Source: Escherichia coli (GTDB taxonomy: Bacteria; Pseudomonadota; Gammaproteobacteria; Enterobacterales; Enterobacteriaceae). From it: a stretch of DNA of 64,000 nucleotides. Below the pieces are notes generated by a model, which worked only from the letters and a program-made list of their open reading frames with translations, was not told the origin of the DNA and searched no databases. Below are positions 11,892 to 25,854 of this stretch, in pieces; positions within the stretch are counted from its first letter, which is position 1; each line of letters opens with the position of its first letter. Where the stretch lies: assembly GCF_013315695.1 (NCBI RefSeq), contig NZ_CP054353.1; one strand, 5' to 3'. The translations under genes and the position numbers were made by a program.

Positions 11892-12440
11892 ATGAACGTA
11901 ATTAAAACAGAAATTCCTGATGTACTGATTTTTGAACCGAAAGTTTTTGGTGATGAGCGTGGTTTCTTTTTTGAGAGCTTTAACCAGAAGGTTTTTGAGG
12001 AAGCTGTAGGCCGCAAAGTTGAATTTGTTCAGGATAACCATTCGAAGTCTAGTAAAGGTGTTTTACGCGGGCTGCATTATCAGTTGGAACCTTATGCACA
12101 AGGAAAATTGGTGCGTTGCGTTGTCGGTGAAGTTTTTGACGTAGCTGTTGATATTCGTAAATCGTCATCGACTTTTGGCAAATGGGTTGGGGTGAATTTA
12201 TCTGCTGAGAATAAGCGGCAATTGTGGATTCCTGAGGGATTTGCACATGGTTTTTTAGTGCTGAGTGAGACGGCGGAGTTTTTGTATAAGACGACAAATT
12301 ATTATCATCCTCAGAGTGATAGAGGAATAAAATGGGATGATCCAAGCATCAATATTTCATGGCCAGTCGATTCACAAGTGCTGCTATCAGCTAAAGATAA
12401 TAAGCATCCTCCATTAACAAAGATTGAAATGTATAGTTAA
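11892..12440 (+). CDS. rmlC: dTDP-4-dehydrorhamnose 3,5-epimerase
   Basis: 182-aa ORF, cupin-type RmlC sequence (FFESFNQ..RGLHYQ). Confidence 0.95.
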   Translation: MNVIKTEIPDVLIFEPKVFGDERGFFFESFNQKVFEEAVGRKVEFVQDNHSKSSKGVLRGLHYQLEPYAQGKLVRCVVGEVFDVAVDIRKSSSTFGKWVGVNLSAENKRQLWIPEGFAHGFLVLSETAEFLYKTTNYYHPQSDRGIKWDDPSINISWPVDSQVLLSAKDNKHPPLTKIEMYS

Positions 12441-13710
12441 GATCACGATAAATCTTGGAAGGGTTGCAAAATTGAATAAAATAGTGAGCAAAAGTGAAAT
12501 AAGGAACGTAATCCACAATGCTGGCTATATGATGATTACTCAGATAGCTTTATATGTTGCACCATTATTTATACTGAGTTATCTGTTAAAAACACTGGGG
12601 GTTGCACAGTTTGGTAATTATGCCTTAATACTATCAATCGTTGCATATTTACAGATTATAACGGATTATGGTTTTTCTTTTAGTGCAAGTCGTGCGATCT
12701 CACAGAATAGAGAGGACAAAGAATATATATCAAAAATTTATCTGTCAACTATGACTATCAAGTTGGCGATATGCGCTTTCTTATTCTTATTGCTCATGCT
12801 ATTTTTAAATCTTTTGCCTGTGCAAGCTGAATTAAAACAAGGAATATTATATGGATATCTTCTTGTAATAGGAAATACTTTCCAACCACAATGGTTTTTC
12901 CAAGGTATCGAAAAATTAAAAATCATAGCCCTTTCTAATGTTATATCAAGATGCGCCGCGTGTTTACTTGTATTTATCTATGTGAGGAATAGCGAGGATT
13001 TACAAAAAGCACTTTTAGTACAGTCACTTCCATTAGTAATTTCTGCGATTGGATTAAATATATTTATATTGAAATATATCAATATTATTTTTCCGGAAAA
13101 AAAATTATTTAAGGTAATTTTAAAAGAAGGTAAGGATTTTTTTCTTGCATCACTTTATTCTGTTATTCTCAATAATAGTGGCATTTTTCTATTAGGGATT
13201 TTTACTAATCCTGTTATTGTTGGTGTATATGCCGCCGCTGAAAAGATAGTCAAGGCCGTATTGTCGCTATTTACACCACTGACGCAAGCTATATATCCTT
13301 ATAATTGTCGTAAGTTTTCACTATCCGTATTTGACGGCATTGAGGCAGCAAAAAAAACTGGTATACCAATTATAATTTTAGCATTTATAGCTGCTGTTAT
13401 CGTTGCAATTACCTTACCTGTTGCAATCGACTATCTTAATTTTCCAAAAGAAACAATTTTTGTAGGTCAAATATTAAGTGCATGGATCTTTTTTGGTGTT
13501 CTTAATAATGTATTCGGCATTCAGATATTGAGTGCATCAGGAAGAAGTAAAATATATAGTAGGATGGTATTCGTATCAGCGCTTATAACATTACTTTTGA
13601 TTACTCTATTATTGCAGTTTTGTAACGCCACTGGAGTGGCATGTGCAATATTATTGGGTGAAATGTTCTTATCAATATTGTTACTTAAGCGATATAAAAA
13701 AATAATTTAA
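12424..13710 (+). CDS. wzx: O-antigen flippase (Wzx family); true start may lie at a downstream Met
   Basis: 428-aa very AT-rich polytopic membrane ORF after rmlC; Wzx-like hydropathy. Confidence 0.8.
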   Translation: MKCIVKITINLGRVAKLNKIVSKSEIRNVIHNAGYMMITQIALYVAPLFILSYLLKTLGVAQFGNYALILSIVAYLQIITDYGFSFSASRAISQNREDKEYISKIYLSTMTIKLAICAFLFLLLMLFLNLLPVQAELKQGILYGYLLVIGNTFQPQWFFQGIEKLKIIALSNVISRCAACLLVFIYVRNSEDLQKALLVQSLPLVISAIGLNIFILKYINIIFPEKKLFKVILKEGKDFFLASLYSVILNNSGIFLLGIFTNPVIVGVYAAAEKIVKAVLSLFTPLTQAIYPYNCRKFSLSVFDGIEAAKKTGIPIIILAFIAAVIVAITLPVAIDYLNFPKETIFVGQILSAWIFFGVLNNVFGIQILSASGRSKIYSRMVFVSALITLLLITLLLQFCNATGVACAILLGEMFLSILLLKRYKKII

Positions 13711-13719
13711 GGAATAGTT

Positions 13720-14847
13720 ATGAAGAAGTTATTATTAGTGTTCGGTACTAGGCCTGAAGCAATAAAGATGGCCTCTATCATTGAATTATTAAAAAAAGAT
13801 TGTAGATTCGAATATAAAATATGTGTGACAGGCCAACATAAAGAGATGCTTGATCAAGTTATGCAAGTATTTGATGTTAAACCTGATTATAATTTACGGA
13901 TTATGCAGCCTGGGCAAACATTAGTATCTGTAGCAACAAATATACTCTCACGGTTAAGTGAAGTTTTAATTATAGAAAAGCCAGATATTATACTTGTGCA
14001 TGGGGATACAACGACTACCCTTGCTGCTACTTTAGCTGGGTATTACCACCAAATAAAAGTTTGTCATGTGGAAGCAGGATTAAGAACAGGGGATATTTAC
14101 TCTCCTTGGCCTGAAGAGGGCAATCGTAAAGTTACAGGGGCATTAGCATGTATTCATTTCGCCCCAACAGAGAGATCAAAAGATAATCTCCTGAGGGAGG
14201 GTGTCAAAGTAAATAATATATTTGTAACGGGTAATACCGTCATCGACTCTTTATTTATTGCAAAAGATATCATAGATAATGACCCTAATATAAAGAACGC
14301 TTTACATAATAAATTTAATTTTCTTGATAAAAGCCGACGAGTAGTACTTATAACAGGTCATCGAAGAGAAAATTTCGGGAAAGGTTTTGAAGATATATGC
14401 TTTGCAATAAAGGAATTAGCTTTCATTTATCCTAATGTAGATTTTATTTATCCGGTGCATCTTAATCCCAATGTAATGGAACCAGTACATCGTATATTAG
14501 ATAATATATGTAATATTTACCTTATTGAGCCCTTGGATTATTTGCCTTTTGTTTATTTAATGAATGAGTCATATTTAATATTGACTGATTCAGGGGGGAT
14601 ACAAGAAGAAGCGCCTTCGTTAGGTAAACCGGTTTTGGTTATGCGTGATACTACTGAACGCCCTGAGGCGGTTGAGGCTGGTACTGTTGTATTAGTGGGG
14701 ACTTCTAAGATAAAAATAGTAAATAAAGTAACGGAGCTATTAAACAATGCTGATATCTACAATGCTATGTCTCTGTTACATAATCCATATGGCGATGGAA
14801 CAGCTGCTCAAAAAATTCTTAATGTGCTCGCCCAAGAGCTAATTTAA
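13720..14847 (+). CDS. mnaA: UDP-N-acetylglucosamine 2-epimerase (non-hydrolysing; UDP-ManNAc synthesis)
   Basis: 375-aa ORF, MKKLLLVFGTRPEAIKMA N-terminus and HVEAGLRT motif typical of WecB/MnaA epimerases. Confidence 0.85.
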   Translation: MKKLLLVFGTRPEAIKMASIIELLKKDCRFEYKICVTGQHKEMLDQVMQVFDVKPDYNLRIMQPGQTLVSVATNILSRLSEVLIIEKPDIILVHGDTTTTLAATLAGYYHQIKVCHVEAGLRTGDIYSPWPEEGNRKVTGALACIHFAPTERSKDNLLREGVKVNNIFVTGNTVIDSLFIAKDIIDNDPNIKNALHNKFNFLDKSRRVVLITGHRRENFGKGFEDICFAIKELAFIYPNVDFIYPVHLNPNVMEPVHRILDNICNIYLIEPLDYLPFVYLMNESYLILTDSGGIQEEAPSLGKPVLVMRDTTERPEAVEAGTVVLVGTSKIKIVNKVTELLNNADIYNAMSLLHNPYGDGTAAQKILNVLAQELI

Positions 14848-14861
14848 TTTAAGCTAAAAAT

Positions 14862-15926
14862 ATGTTATTAATTATTGCTGATTATCCAAACGAAATGAAT
14901 ATGCGCGAGGGAGCTATGCAACGAATAGATGCGATAGACTCTCTCATTCGAGATCGCAAGCGAGTGTATTTGAATATTTCATTCAAAAAGCATCTAGTTC
15001 GCTCAAATAGTTCCTTTAATAATGTTATAGTTGAAAATCTAAATGCAATTATTCACAGAAACATCATAAAACAGTACATGCAAAAATCAACAACTATATA
15101 TGTTCATTCTGTTTATAATTTATTAAAGGTTATAACGCTCATTGATCTAAAAAAAACAATTCTTGATATACATGGTGTTGTACCGGAAGAACTTTTGGCA
15201 GATAATAAAAAATTACTTAGTAAAGTATATAACATGGTGGAAAAAAAAGGTGTCCTTGGATGCAAAAAATTAATACACGTCAGTACAGAAATGCAAAAAC
15301 ACTATGAAGCAAAATATGGAGTAAACTTGGCTGAAAGGTCAATAGTGCTCCCGATTTTTGAATATAAAAATATAACCCAATCGCAAAACAAATGGACAGA
15401 AAATAAAATACGAAGTATCTATCTTGGAGGATTACAAACATGGCAAAATATTGATAAAATGATTCAAATTTGTGATGACACAGTGATAAACAATGAAGCA
15501 GGTAAGTATGAATTCAACTTTTTCATCCCACAGAGTAACTTGGAAGGGTTTATAGATAAATATTCGTTAAAATTACATAATATCAATGCTAATGCATCTA
15601 CGCTATCACGTGATGAAGTAATTCCCTTTCTAAAAGAATGTCATATTGGTTTTGTATTGCGCGATGATATAATAGTAAACAGAGTTGCGTGCCCTACAAA
15701 ATTGGTTGAATATTTAGAGTGTGGTGTCGTTCCAGTTGTGCTCTCCCCACTTATAGGTGATTTTTATTCGATGGGATATCAATACATTACTACAGAGGAA
15801 ATGGCTAACAGAAGTATAAGTTTGTTGGATCTTGAAAAAATGGCTGCACATAATTTACAAATTTTGACTTCTTATCAGAAGAGAACCTACAAGGCACAGA
15901 AAGAACTTATTGCTCAACTGTGCTGA
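14862..15926 (+). CDS. putative O-antigen glycosyltransferase (GT-B-like)
   Basis: 354-aa AT-rich ORF inside the O-antigen cluster; fold assignment by composition and position only. Confidence 0.55.
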   Translation: MLLIIADYPNEMNMREGAMQRIDAIDSLIRDRKRVYLNISFKKHLVRSNSSFNNVIVENLNAIIHRNIIKQYMQKSTTIYVHSVYNLLKVITLIDLKKTILDIHGVVPEELLADNKKLLSKVYNMVEKKGVLGCKKLIHVSTEMQKHYEAKYGVNLAERSIVLPIFEYKNITQSQNKWTENKIRSIYLGGLQTWQNIDKMIQICDDTVINNEAGKYEFNFFIPQSNLEGFIDKYSLKLHNINANASTLSRDEVIPFLKECHIGFVLRDDIIVNRVACPTKLVEYLECGVVPVVLSPLIGDFYSMGYQYITTEEMANRSISLLDLEKMAAHNLQILTSYQKRTYKAQKELIAQLC

Positions 15927-15977
15927 ATTTTTTACATATATAAAATTATGTAAGCATATCGCGGGTCAGGTAATTGT

Positions 15978-16982
15978 ATGCGTATCAAATATAAAGATAA
16001 CGGTTATATATTATGTTTTCTATTATGTTTCATTTTGAGCTACTTAGTTTTACTCAAATCTGACTACTTTCCTGCTGATTTTCTGCCATATACAGAAATA
16101 TACGATGGGACATACGGAGAAATCAATAATATTGAGCCTGCCTTTTTATATTTAACACGGTTGTTTCATTATTTAAATTTCCCCTATATATTTTTTGCAA
16201 TGTTAGTTTGTGCCTTATGTTTAAGTTGGAAAATAAAATATGCAAGAAAAATAATTAAAGATAGTTATATATATTTATTCTTGTATGTATATGTATCATT
16301 TTATGTGTTTTTGCATGAAATGACTCAATTGCGCATAGCAATTGCAGTCACTATGTGCTATGTGTCGGTTTATTATTACTTTTATAAAAATTGTATTAAA
16401 CATGCACTGCCATGGATGGTGTTGGCTATTTTGTTTCATTACAGCGCCTTGCTTTTATTTATGTCATTATTTATATACAGTTATAGGAGGTTATTAATAG
16501 TAATTATAGGGTTTGTAATATGTATGAGCTTTTTAAACGTGTATGCAGATACAATTGCACTATATTTGCCAAATGAAAAAATAGTAAATTATTTATATAG
16601 TATTTCATCATCATTAGACAATAGAAATGATTTGGCAATATTCAACCTGAATAATATAATATTTTTATCAATATTTATTTTGATCTTTTATCTTAGCCGA
16701 TATATAAAATTAAATGATAATGAGGCGAAGTTTATTAAGTATGTGCAATGTTCAGGAATATTAGCCTTTTGTATTTTCTTTCTGGCTAGTGGAGTCCCGG
16801 TCATTGCTTATCGAACTGCAGAGTTGCTGCGAATATTTTATCCGATGGCTTTAGTATTAATCCTTTCGCATATAAAAAATAATAATATGCGTTATTTTAT
16901 TGCAGTCATTATAGTTATCCTTTCAGGCTTAATGTTGTTTATAACACTAAGGGCTGTATCAATAGTTGGTCAAGGATTATAA
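15978..16982 (+). CDS. wzy: O-antigen polymerase (Wzy family)
   Basis: 334-aa highly hydrophobic, Tyr/Phe/Leu/Ile-rich multi-TM ORF with low codon adaptation, typical of Wzy. Confidence 0.7.
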   Translation: MRIKYKDNGYILCFLLCFILSYLVLLKSDYFPADFLPYTEIYDGTYGEINNIEPAFLYLTRLFHYLNFPYIFFAMLVCALCLSWKIKYARKIIKDSYIYLFLYVYVSFYVFLHEMTQLRIAIAVTMCYVSVYYYFYKNCIKHALPWMVLAILFHYSALLLFMSLFIYSYRRLLIVIIGFVICMSFLNVYADTIALYLPNEKIVNYLYSISSSLDNRNDLAIFNLNNIIFLSIFILIFYLSRYIKLNDNEAKFIKYVQCSGILAFCIFFLASGVPVIAYRTAELLRIFYPMALVLILSHIKNNNMRYFIAVIIVILSGLMLFITLRAVSIVGQGL

Positions 16983-17943
16983 AATGAATGTTGCTATTTT
17001 GTTGTCTACGTATAATGGCGAAAAATATTTAGAGGAACAACTGGATTCATTGCTGCTTCAAAGTTATCAGGATTTTGTAGTGTATATCCGTGATGACGGA
17101 TCATCTGATAGAACTGTAAATATAATAAACCAATACGTAATGAAAGATAACAGATTTATTAACGTGGGTAATTCAGAAAATCTTGGTTGTGCTGCTTCGT
17201 TTATTAATTTATTAAGAAATGCTTCAGCCGATATTTATATGTTTTGTGACCAAGATGATTATTGGCTTCCGAATAAATTACAGCGTGCTGTGGATTATTT
17301 TTCGGCTATTGATCCTTTACAACCTACCTTGTATCATTGCGATCTAAGCGTTGTTGATGAAAAACTTAATATTATACAAAATTCATTTTTGCAGCATCAG
17401 AAAATGTCAGCGTATGATTCAATGAGAAAAAATAATCTTTTCATACAAAATTTTGTTGTTGGTTGTTCATGTGCTGTTAATGCTTCACTTGCGGAATTTG
17501 TTCTTTCGCGAATTGGAGAGCAGCATGTAAAAATGATAGCTATGCATGACTGGTGGTTAGCCGTGACTGCAAAACTTTTTGGTCGAATCCATTTTGATAA
17601 TACTCAAACGATTCTTTATCGACAACATCAGGGCAATGTATTAGGTGCAAAATCATCAGGTATGATGCGTTTTATTCGATTAGGATTAAATGGGCAAGGG
17701 ATTTCGCGAGTAGTATCTTTTAGAAAAAAAGTTTGTGCGCAAAATAAGCTTCTTTTAGATGTCTATGATAAAGATTTAAATCTTGAGCAAAAAAAATCTA
17801 TCAGGCTTGTAATTGAGGGCCTTAAAGAGAACTCTTCAATTGCTGACCTTTTAAAATGTTTCTATCATGGTAGCTATATGCAAGGTTTTAAACGTAATCT
17901 TGCCTTAATATATTCAGTTCTTTACACAAAAAAAAGAAGATAG
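16966..17943 (+). CDS. glycosyltransferase family 2 (probable rhamnosyltransferase)
   Basis: 325-aa ORF, N-terminal VAILLSTYNGEKYLEEQLDSLLLQ..DDGSSD GT-A motif. Confidence 0.8.
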   Translation: MVKDYKMNVAILLSTYNGEKYLEEQLDSLLLQSYQDFVVYIRDDGSSDRTVNIINQYVMKDNRFINVGNSENLGCAASFINLLRNASADIYMFCDQDDYWLPNKLQRAVDYFSAIDPLQPTLYHCDLSVVDEKLNIIQNSFLQHQKMSAYDSMRKNNLFIQNFVVGCSCAVNASLAEFVLSRIGEQHVKMIAMHDWWLAVTAKLFGRIHFDNTQTILYRQHQGNVLGAKSSGMMRFIRLGLNGQGISRVVSFRKKVCAQNKLLLDVYDKDLNLEQKKSIRLVIEGLKENSSIADLLKCFYHGSYMQGFKRNLALIYSVLYTKKRR

Positions 17944-17952
17944 TGTATCCTT

Positions 17953-19017
17953 ATGAAAAAAATTGCTATTATCGGTACTGTTGGCATACCAGCATCATAT
18001 GGCGGATTTGAAACATTAGTTGAAAATTTAACAAGATACAATTCCTCGGGAGTTGAATATAATGTTTTTTGTTCATCGTTTCACTACAAATCCCACCAAA
18101 AAAAACATAATGGGGCCCGTTTAATTTATATTCCGCTTAAAGCCAATGGATGGCAGAGCATTGCGTATGACATAATTTCGTTAGCATATTCTATTTTTTT
18201 GAAGCCTGATGTGATTCTGATTTTAGGGGTTTCTGGTTGTTCATTTTTGCCTTTCTTCAAACTCTTAACACGCGCTAAGTTTATTACTAATATTGATGGC
18301 CTGGAATGGCGAAGAGATAAATGGAATTCAAAAGTGAAACGTTTCTTAAAATTTTCAGAAAAAATCGCAGTTCAATATTCGGATGTCGTTATTACGGATA
18401 ATGAGGCAATTTCTGAGTACGTTTTTAACGAGTATAATAAAGATAGCCGAGTTATTGCCTATGGAGGGGATCATGCATGGTTAAATACTGAGGATGTATT
18501 TACAACAAGAAATTATAAAAGCGATTACTACCTTTCTGTATGTCGTATCGAACCCGAAAACAATGTAGAATTAATTTTAAAAACATTTTCAAAGCTAAAA
18601 TATAAAATAAAATTTATTGGAAATTGGAATGGCAGCGAGTTTGGAAAGAAACTTAGGCTGCATTATTCTAACTATCCAAATATTGAAATGATTGATCCGA
18701 TTTATGATCTTCAACAATTATTTCACTTACGAAATAATTGCATAGGATATATACATGGTCATTCGGCTGGAGGAACAAACCCTTCTTTAGTCGAGGCAAT
18801 GCATTTTAGTAAACCTATATTTGCATATGATTGTAAGTTTAATAGGTACACTACTGAAAATGAAGCATGTTATTTTTCTAATGAATCTGACCTCGCAGAG
18901 AAAATCATAATGCATTGTGAGCTATCATTAGGTGTCTCTGGCACGAAAATGAAAGAAATTGCTAACCAGAAATACACTTGGAGACGAATAGCAGAAATGT
19001 ATGAGGATTGCTATTAA
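17953..19017 (+). CDS. glycosyltransferase (DUF1972/GT1-type)
   Basis: 354-aa ORF, N-terminal KKIAIIGTVGIPASYGGFET motif; last gene before gnd. Confidence 0.75.
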   Translation: MKKIAIIGTVGIPASYGGFETLVENLTRYNSSGVEYNVFCSSFHYKSHQKKHNGARLIYIPLKANGWQSIAYDIISLAYSIFLKPDVILILGVSGCSFLPFFKLLTRAKFITNIDGLEWRRDKWNSKVKRFLKFSEKIAVQYSDVVITDNEAISEYVFNEYNKDSRVIAYGGDHAWLNTEDVFTTRNYKSDYYLSVCRIEPENNVELILKTFSKLKYKIKFIGNWNGSEFGKKLRLHYSNYPNIEMIDPIYDLQQLFHLRNNCIGYIHGHSAGGTNPSLVEAMHFSKPIFAYDCKFNRYTTENEACYFSNESDLAEKIIMHCELSLGVSGTKMKEIANQKYTWRRIAEMYEDCY

Positions 19018-19121
19018 CTCTGTTAAACTTCAAATCTTTTACAATATATGGCATGACTATAAGCGCATTAATTGTTTTTCAAGCCGCTCTCGCGGTGACC
19101 ACCCCCTGACAGGAGTAAACA

Positions 19122-20528
19122 ATGTCAAAGCAACAGATCGGCGTCGTCGGTATGGCAGTGATGGGGCGCAACCTTGCGCTCAACATCGAAAGCCGTGGTT
19201 ATACCGTCTCTATTTTCAACCGTTCCCGTGAAAAGACGGAAGAAGTGATTGCCGAAAATCCAGGCAAGAAACTGGTTCCTTACTATACGGTGAAAGAGTT
19301 TGTTGAATCTCTGGAAACGCCTCGTCGCATCCTGTTAATGGTGAAAGCAGGTGCAGGCACGGATGCTGCTATTGATTCCCTCAAACCATATCTCGATAAA
19401 GGTGACATCATCATTGATGGTGGCAATACCTTCTTCCAGGACACCATTCGTCGTAACCGTGAACTTTCTGCCGAAGGCTTTAACTTCATTGGTACCGGTG
19501 TCTCCGGTGGTGAAGAAGGCGCGCTGAAAGGTCCTTCTATTATGCCTGGTGGGCAGAAAGATGCCTATGAACTGGTTGCACCAATCCTGACCAAAATCGC
19601 CGCAGTAGCTGAAGACGGGGAGCCATGCGTTACCTATATTGGTGCCGATGGCGCAGGCCATTATGTGAAGATGGTTCACAACGGTATTGAATACGGCGAT
19701 ATGCAGCTGATTGCTGAAGCCTATTCTCTGCTTAAAGGTGGCTTGAACCTTTCCAACGAAGAACTGGCGCAGACCTTTACCGAGTGGAATAACGGTGAAC
19801 TGAGCAGCTACCTGATTGACATCACTAAAGACATCTTCACTAAAAAAGATGAAGACGGTAACTACCTGGTTGATGTGATTCTGGATGAAGCGGCTAACAA
19901 AGGTACCGGTAAATGGACCAGCCAGAGCGCGCTGGATCTCGGTGAACCGCTGTCGCTGATTACCGAGTCTGTGTTTGCACGTTATATCTCTTCTCTGAAA
20001 GATCAGCGTGTTGCCGCATCTAAAGTTCTCTCTGGCCCGCAAGCGCAGCCAGCAGGCGATAAAGATGAGTTCATCGAAAAAGTTCGCCGTGCACTGTATC
20101 TGGGCAAAATCGTTTCTTACGCTCAGGGCTTCTCTCAACTGCGTGCGGCGTCTGAAGAGTACAACTGGGATCTGGACTACGGCGAAATCGCGAAGATTTT
20201 CCGTGCTGGCTGCATCATCCGTGCGCAGTTCCTGCAGAAAATCACCGATGCTTATGCCGAAAATCCGCAGAGCGCTAACCTGCTGCTGGCTCCGTACTTC
20301 AAGCAAATCGCCGATGACTACCAGCAGGCGCTGCGCGATGTCGTCGCTTACGCGGTACAGAACGGTATCCCGGTTCCGACCTTCGCCGCTGCGGTTGCCT
20401 ATTATGACAGCTACCGCGCCGCTGTTCTGCCTGCGAACCTGATCCAGGCACAGCGTGACTATTTCGGTGCGCATACTTATAAGCGCATTGATAAAGAAGG
20501 TGTGTTCCATACCGAATGGCTGGATTAA
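19122..20528 (+). CDS. gnd: 6-phosphogluconate dehydrogenase, decarboxylating
   Basis: 468-aa [25 protein letters not shown]-terminus; conserved location next to the O-antigen cluster. Confidence 0.97.
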   Translation: MSKQQIGVVGMAVMGRNLALNIESRGYTVSIFNRSREKTEEVIAENPGKKLVPYYTVKEFVESLETPRRILLMVKAGAGTDAAIDSLKPYLDKGDIIIDGGNTFFQDTIRRNRELSAEGFNFIGTGVSGGEEGALKGPSIMPGGQKDAYELVAPILTKIAAVAEDGEPCVTYIGADGAGHYVKMVHNGIEYGDMQLIAEAYSLLKGGLNLSNEELAQTFTEWNNGELSSYLIDITKDIFTKKDEDGNYLVDVILDEAANKGTGKWTSQSALDLGEPLSLITESVFARYISSLKDQRVAASKVLSGPQAQPAGDKDEFIEKVRRALYLGKIVSYAQGFSQLRAASEEYNWDLDYGEIAKIFRAGCIIRAQFLQKITDAYAENPQSANLLLAPYFKQIADDYQQALRDVVAYAVQNGIPVPTFAAAVAYYDSYRAAVLPANLIQAQRDYFGAHTYKRIDKEGVFHTEWLD

Positions 20529-20555
20529 TCTGATTTAATCAACAATAAAATTGAG

Positions 20556-20585
20556 GCCCGGCGTATATTATGCCGGGTTTTTTTT
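20556..20585 (+). terminator. rho-independent terminator of gnd
   Basis: gcccggc..gccggg hairpin followed by a T8 run 28 bp after the gnd stop. Confidence 0.8.
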
Positions 20586-20766
20586 ACCAATTATCTTATA
20601 GACTAAATTTCACTGCTTAATATTAACTTAATAAATATCAGCTATTCTTATAAAGAAATTCTGAATTGTTTTTCGTTGCGTTGACCATCTTACAACGTAG
20701 CGTTAAAACTTTTAACTCTTATCAGGATGCTAAAAACATCATGATTCACAGTTAAGTTAATTCTGA

Positions 20767-21942
<1,176 letters not shown>

Positions 21943-22087
21943 CATCCTGTTATCAGGGCTATTTACGCCCTGATTGTCTTTTGTTACTTGCGTAACAATT
22001 CATTATTTTTATCAATTATCCTATAGCATTCATGAGGATTATCGCTAAACTATGCGGACTTGGAAATTTCCGTCAGTTAGGGTAATG

Positions 22088-23068
22088 ATGAGAGTAGAAA
22101 ATAATAATGTTTCTGGGCAAAACCATGACCCGGAACAGATTGATTTGATTGATTTACTAGTGCAGTTGTGGCGTGGCAAGATGACAATCATCATTTCCGT
22201 CATTGTGGCTATTGCCCTGGCTATTGGATATTTGGCAGTAGCGAAGGAGAAATGGACGTCAACAGCAATTATCACTCAGCCCGATGTGGGGCAAATTGCT
22301 GGCTATAACAATGCCATGAATGTTATCTATGGTCAGGCTGCACCGAAAGTATCGGATTTGCAGGAGACGTTAATTGGTCGCTTCAGTTCTGCCTTCTCTG
22401 CATTAGCAGAAACGCTGGATAATCAGGAAGAACCAGAAAAACTTACCATCGAACCTTCTGTTAAGAACCAGCAATTACCATTGACTGTTTCTTATGTTGG
22501 GCAAACTGCAGAGGGCGCACAAATGAAGTTGGCCCAATACATTCAGCAAGTTGACGATAAAGTGAATCAAGAGTTAGAAAAGGATCTCAAGGACAACATT
22601 GCTCTGGGACGGAAAAACTTGCAGGACTCTTTAAGAACGCAGGAAGTGGTTGCGCAGGAGCAGAAAGATCTGCGTATCCGTCAGATTCAGGAAGCGTTGC
22701 AGTATGCGAATCAGGCGCAGGTGACAAAACCGCAGATTCAACAGACTGGCGAAGATATCACACAAGATACGTTGTTCCTTTTGGGGAGCGAAGCGCTGGA
22801 GTCGATGATTAAGCATGAGGCGACCCGTCCGTTGGTGTTCTCACCAAACTACTATCAGACTCGTCAAAACCTGCTTGATATCGAAAGCTTAAAGGTTGAT
22901 GATCTTGATATTCATGCTTACCGCTATGTAATGAAACCGACGTTACCTATTCGTCGTGATAGCCCGAAAAAGGCAATTACCTTGATTCTGGCGGTGCTGC
23001 TGGGTGGCATGGTTGGCGCGGGGATTGTGCTGGGGCGTAATGCTCTACGCAATTACAACGCGAAGTAA
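22088..23068 (+). CDS. wzzB: O-antigen chain-length determinant (Wzz)
   Basis: ORF 22052..23068; internal Met gives MRVENNNVSGQNHDPEQIDLIDLL as in remembered WzzB; two TM segments. Confidence 0.9.
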   Translation: MRVENNNVSGQNHDPEQIDLIDLLVQLWRGKMTIIISVIVAIALAIGYLAVAKEKWTSTAIITQPDVGQIAGYNNAMNVIYGQAAPKVSDLQETLIGRFSSAFSALAETLDNQEEPEKLTIEPSVKNQQLPLTVSYVGQTAEGAQMKLAQYIQQVDDKVNQELEKDLKDNIALGRKNLQDSLRTQEVVAQEQKDLRIRQIQEALQYANQAQVTKPQIQQTGEDITQDTLFLLGSEALESMIKHEATRPLVFSPNYYQTRQNLLDIESLKVDDLDIHAYRYVMKPTLPIRRDSPKKAITLILAVLLGGMVGAGIVLGRNALRNYNAK

Positions 23069-23089
23069 TCTTTTCGGTTTTAAAGAAAA

Positions 23090-23122
23090 AGGGCAGGGTG
23101 GTGACACCTTGCCCGTTTTTTT
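23090..23122. terminator. bidirectional hairpin terminator between convergent wzzB and hisI
   Basis: gggcagggtggtgacaccttgccc hairpin flanked by an A-run on the left and a T7 run on the right. Confidence 0.7.
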
Positions 23123-23163
23123 GCCGGATGCGGCAACAATATCGCATCCGCTTACCCCGCAAC

Positions 23164-23768
23164 TCACTGATGCCGTTTACGCAGGTTCTCAATTACCGTC
23201 GTTAAATCCAGCCCCTGATCCTGCAACAACACCAGCAGGTGATACATCAAATCAGATGCCTCGTTGGTCAGCTCAAAGCGGTCATGTACCGTCGCGGCCA
23301 GCGCGGTTTCCACGCCTTCTTCGCCTACTTTCTGCGCAATGCGTTTGGTGCCGCTGGCATACAGTTTGGCAGTGTAGGAGGTTTCCGGGTCGGCAGATTT
23401 ACGTTCGGCGAGCAGTTGTTCCAGTTGATACAGGAACAGCCACTGGTGAGCGGTGTCGCCGAAGCAGCTGCTGGTGCCTTTGTGGCAGGTTGGCCCGATG
23501 GGATTCGCCAGCACCAGTAACGTGTCGTTGTCGCAGTCCGGGGCAATACTCACCACATTGAGAAAATTGCCCGACGTTTCGCCTTTGGTCCACAGTCGCT
23601 GTTTAGTGCGCGAGAAGAAGGTGACTTTGCCGCTTTCGAGGGTTTTGTCCAGAGCTTCCGGGTTCATATAGCCCAGCATTAGCACTTCGCCGGATACCGC
23701 ATGTTGCACAATCACCGGCATCAGTCCGTCGGTTTTTTCCCAGTCCAGTTCGCGACGTTGTTGTTCTG

Positions 23769-23775
<7 letters not shown>
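23164..23775 (-). CDS. hisI: bifunctional phosphoribosyl-AMP cyclohydrolase / phosphoribosyl-ATP pyrophosphatase
   Basis: 203-aa ORF; last gene of the his operon. Confidence 0.95.

Positions 23776-25853
<2,078 letters not shown>

Positions 25854-25854
<1 letters not shown>

Noticed and set aside
19001-19231. 76-aa plus-strand ORF overlapping the gnd start
   Set aside because: Out-of-frame overlap with the gnd 5' end and its RBS region; no protein-like features.
19335-20510. 391-aa minus-strand ORF
   Set aside because: Entirely antisense to gnd, whose product is recognisable; long antisense ORFs are common in such genes.
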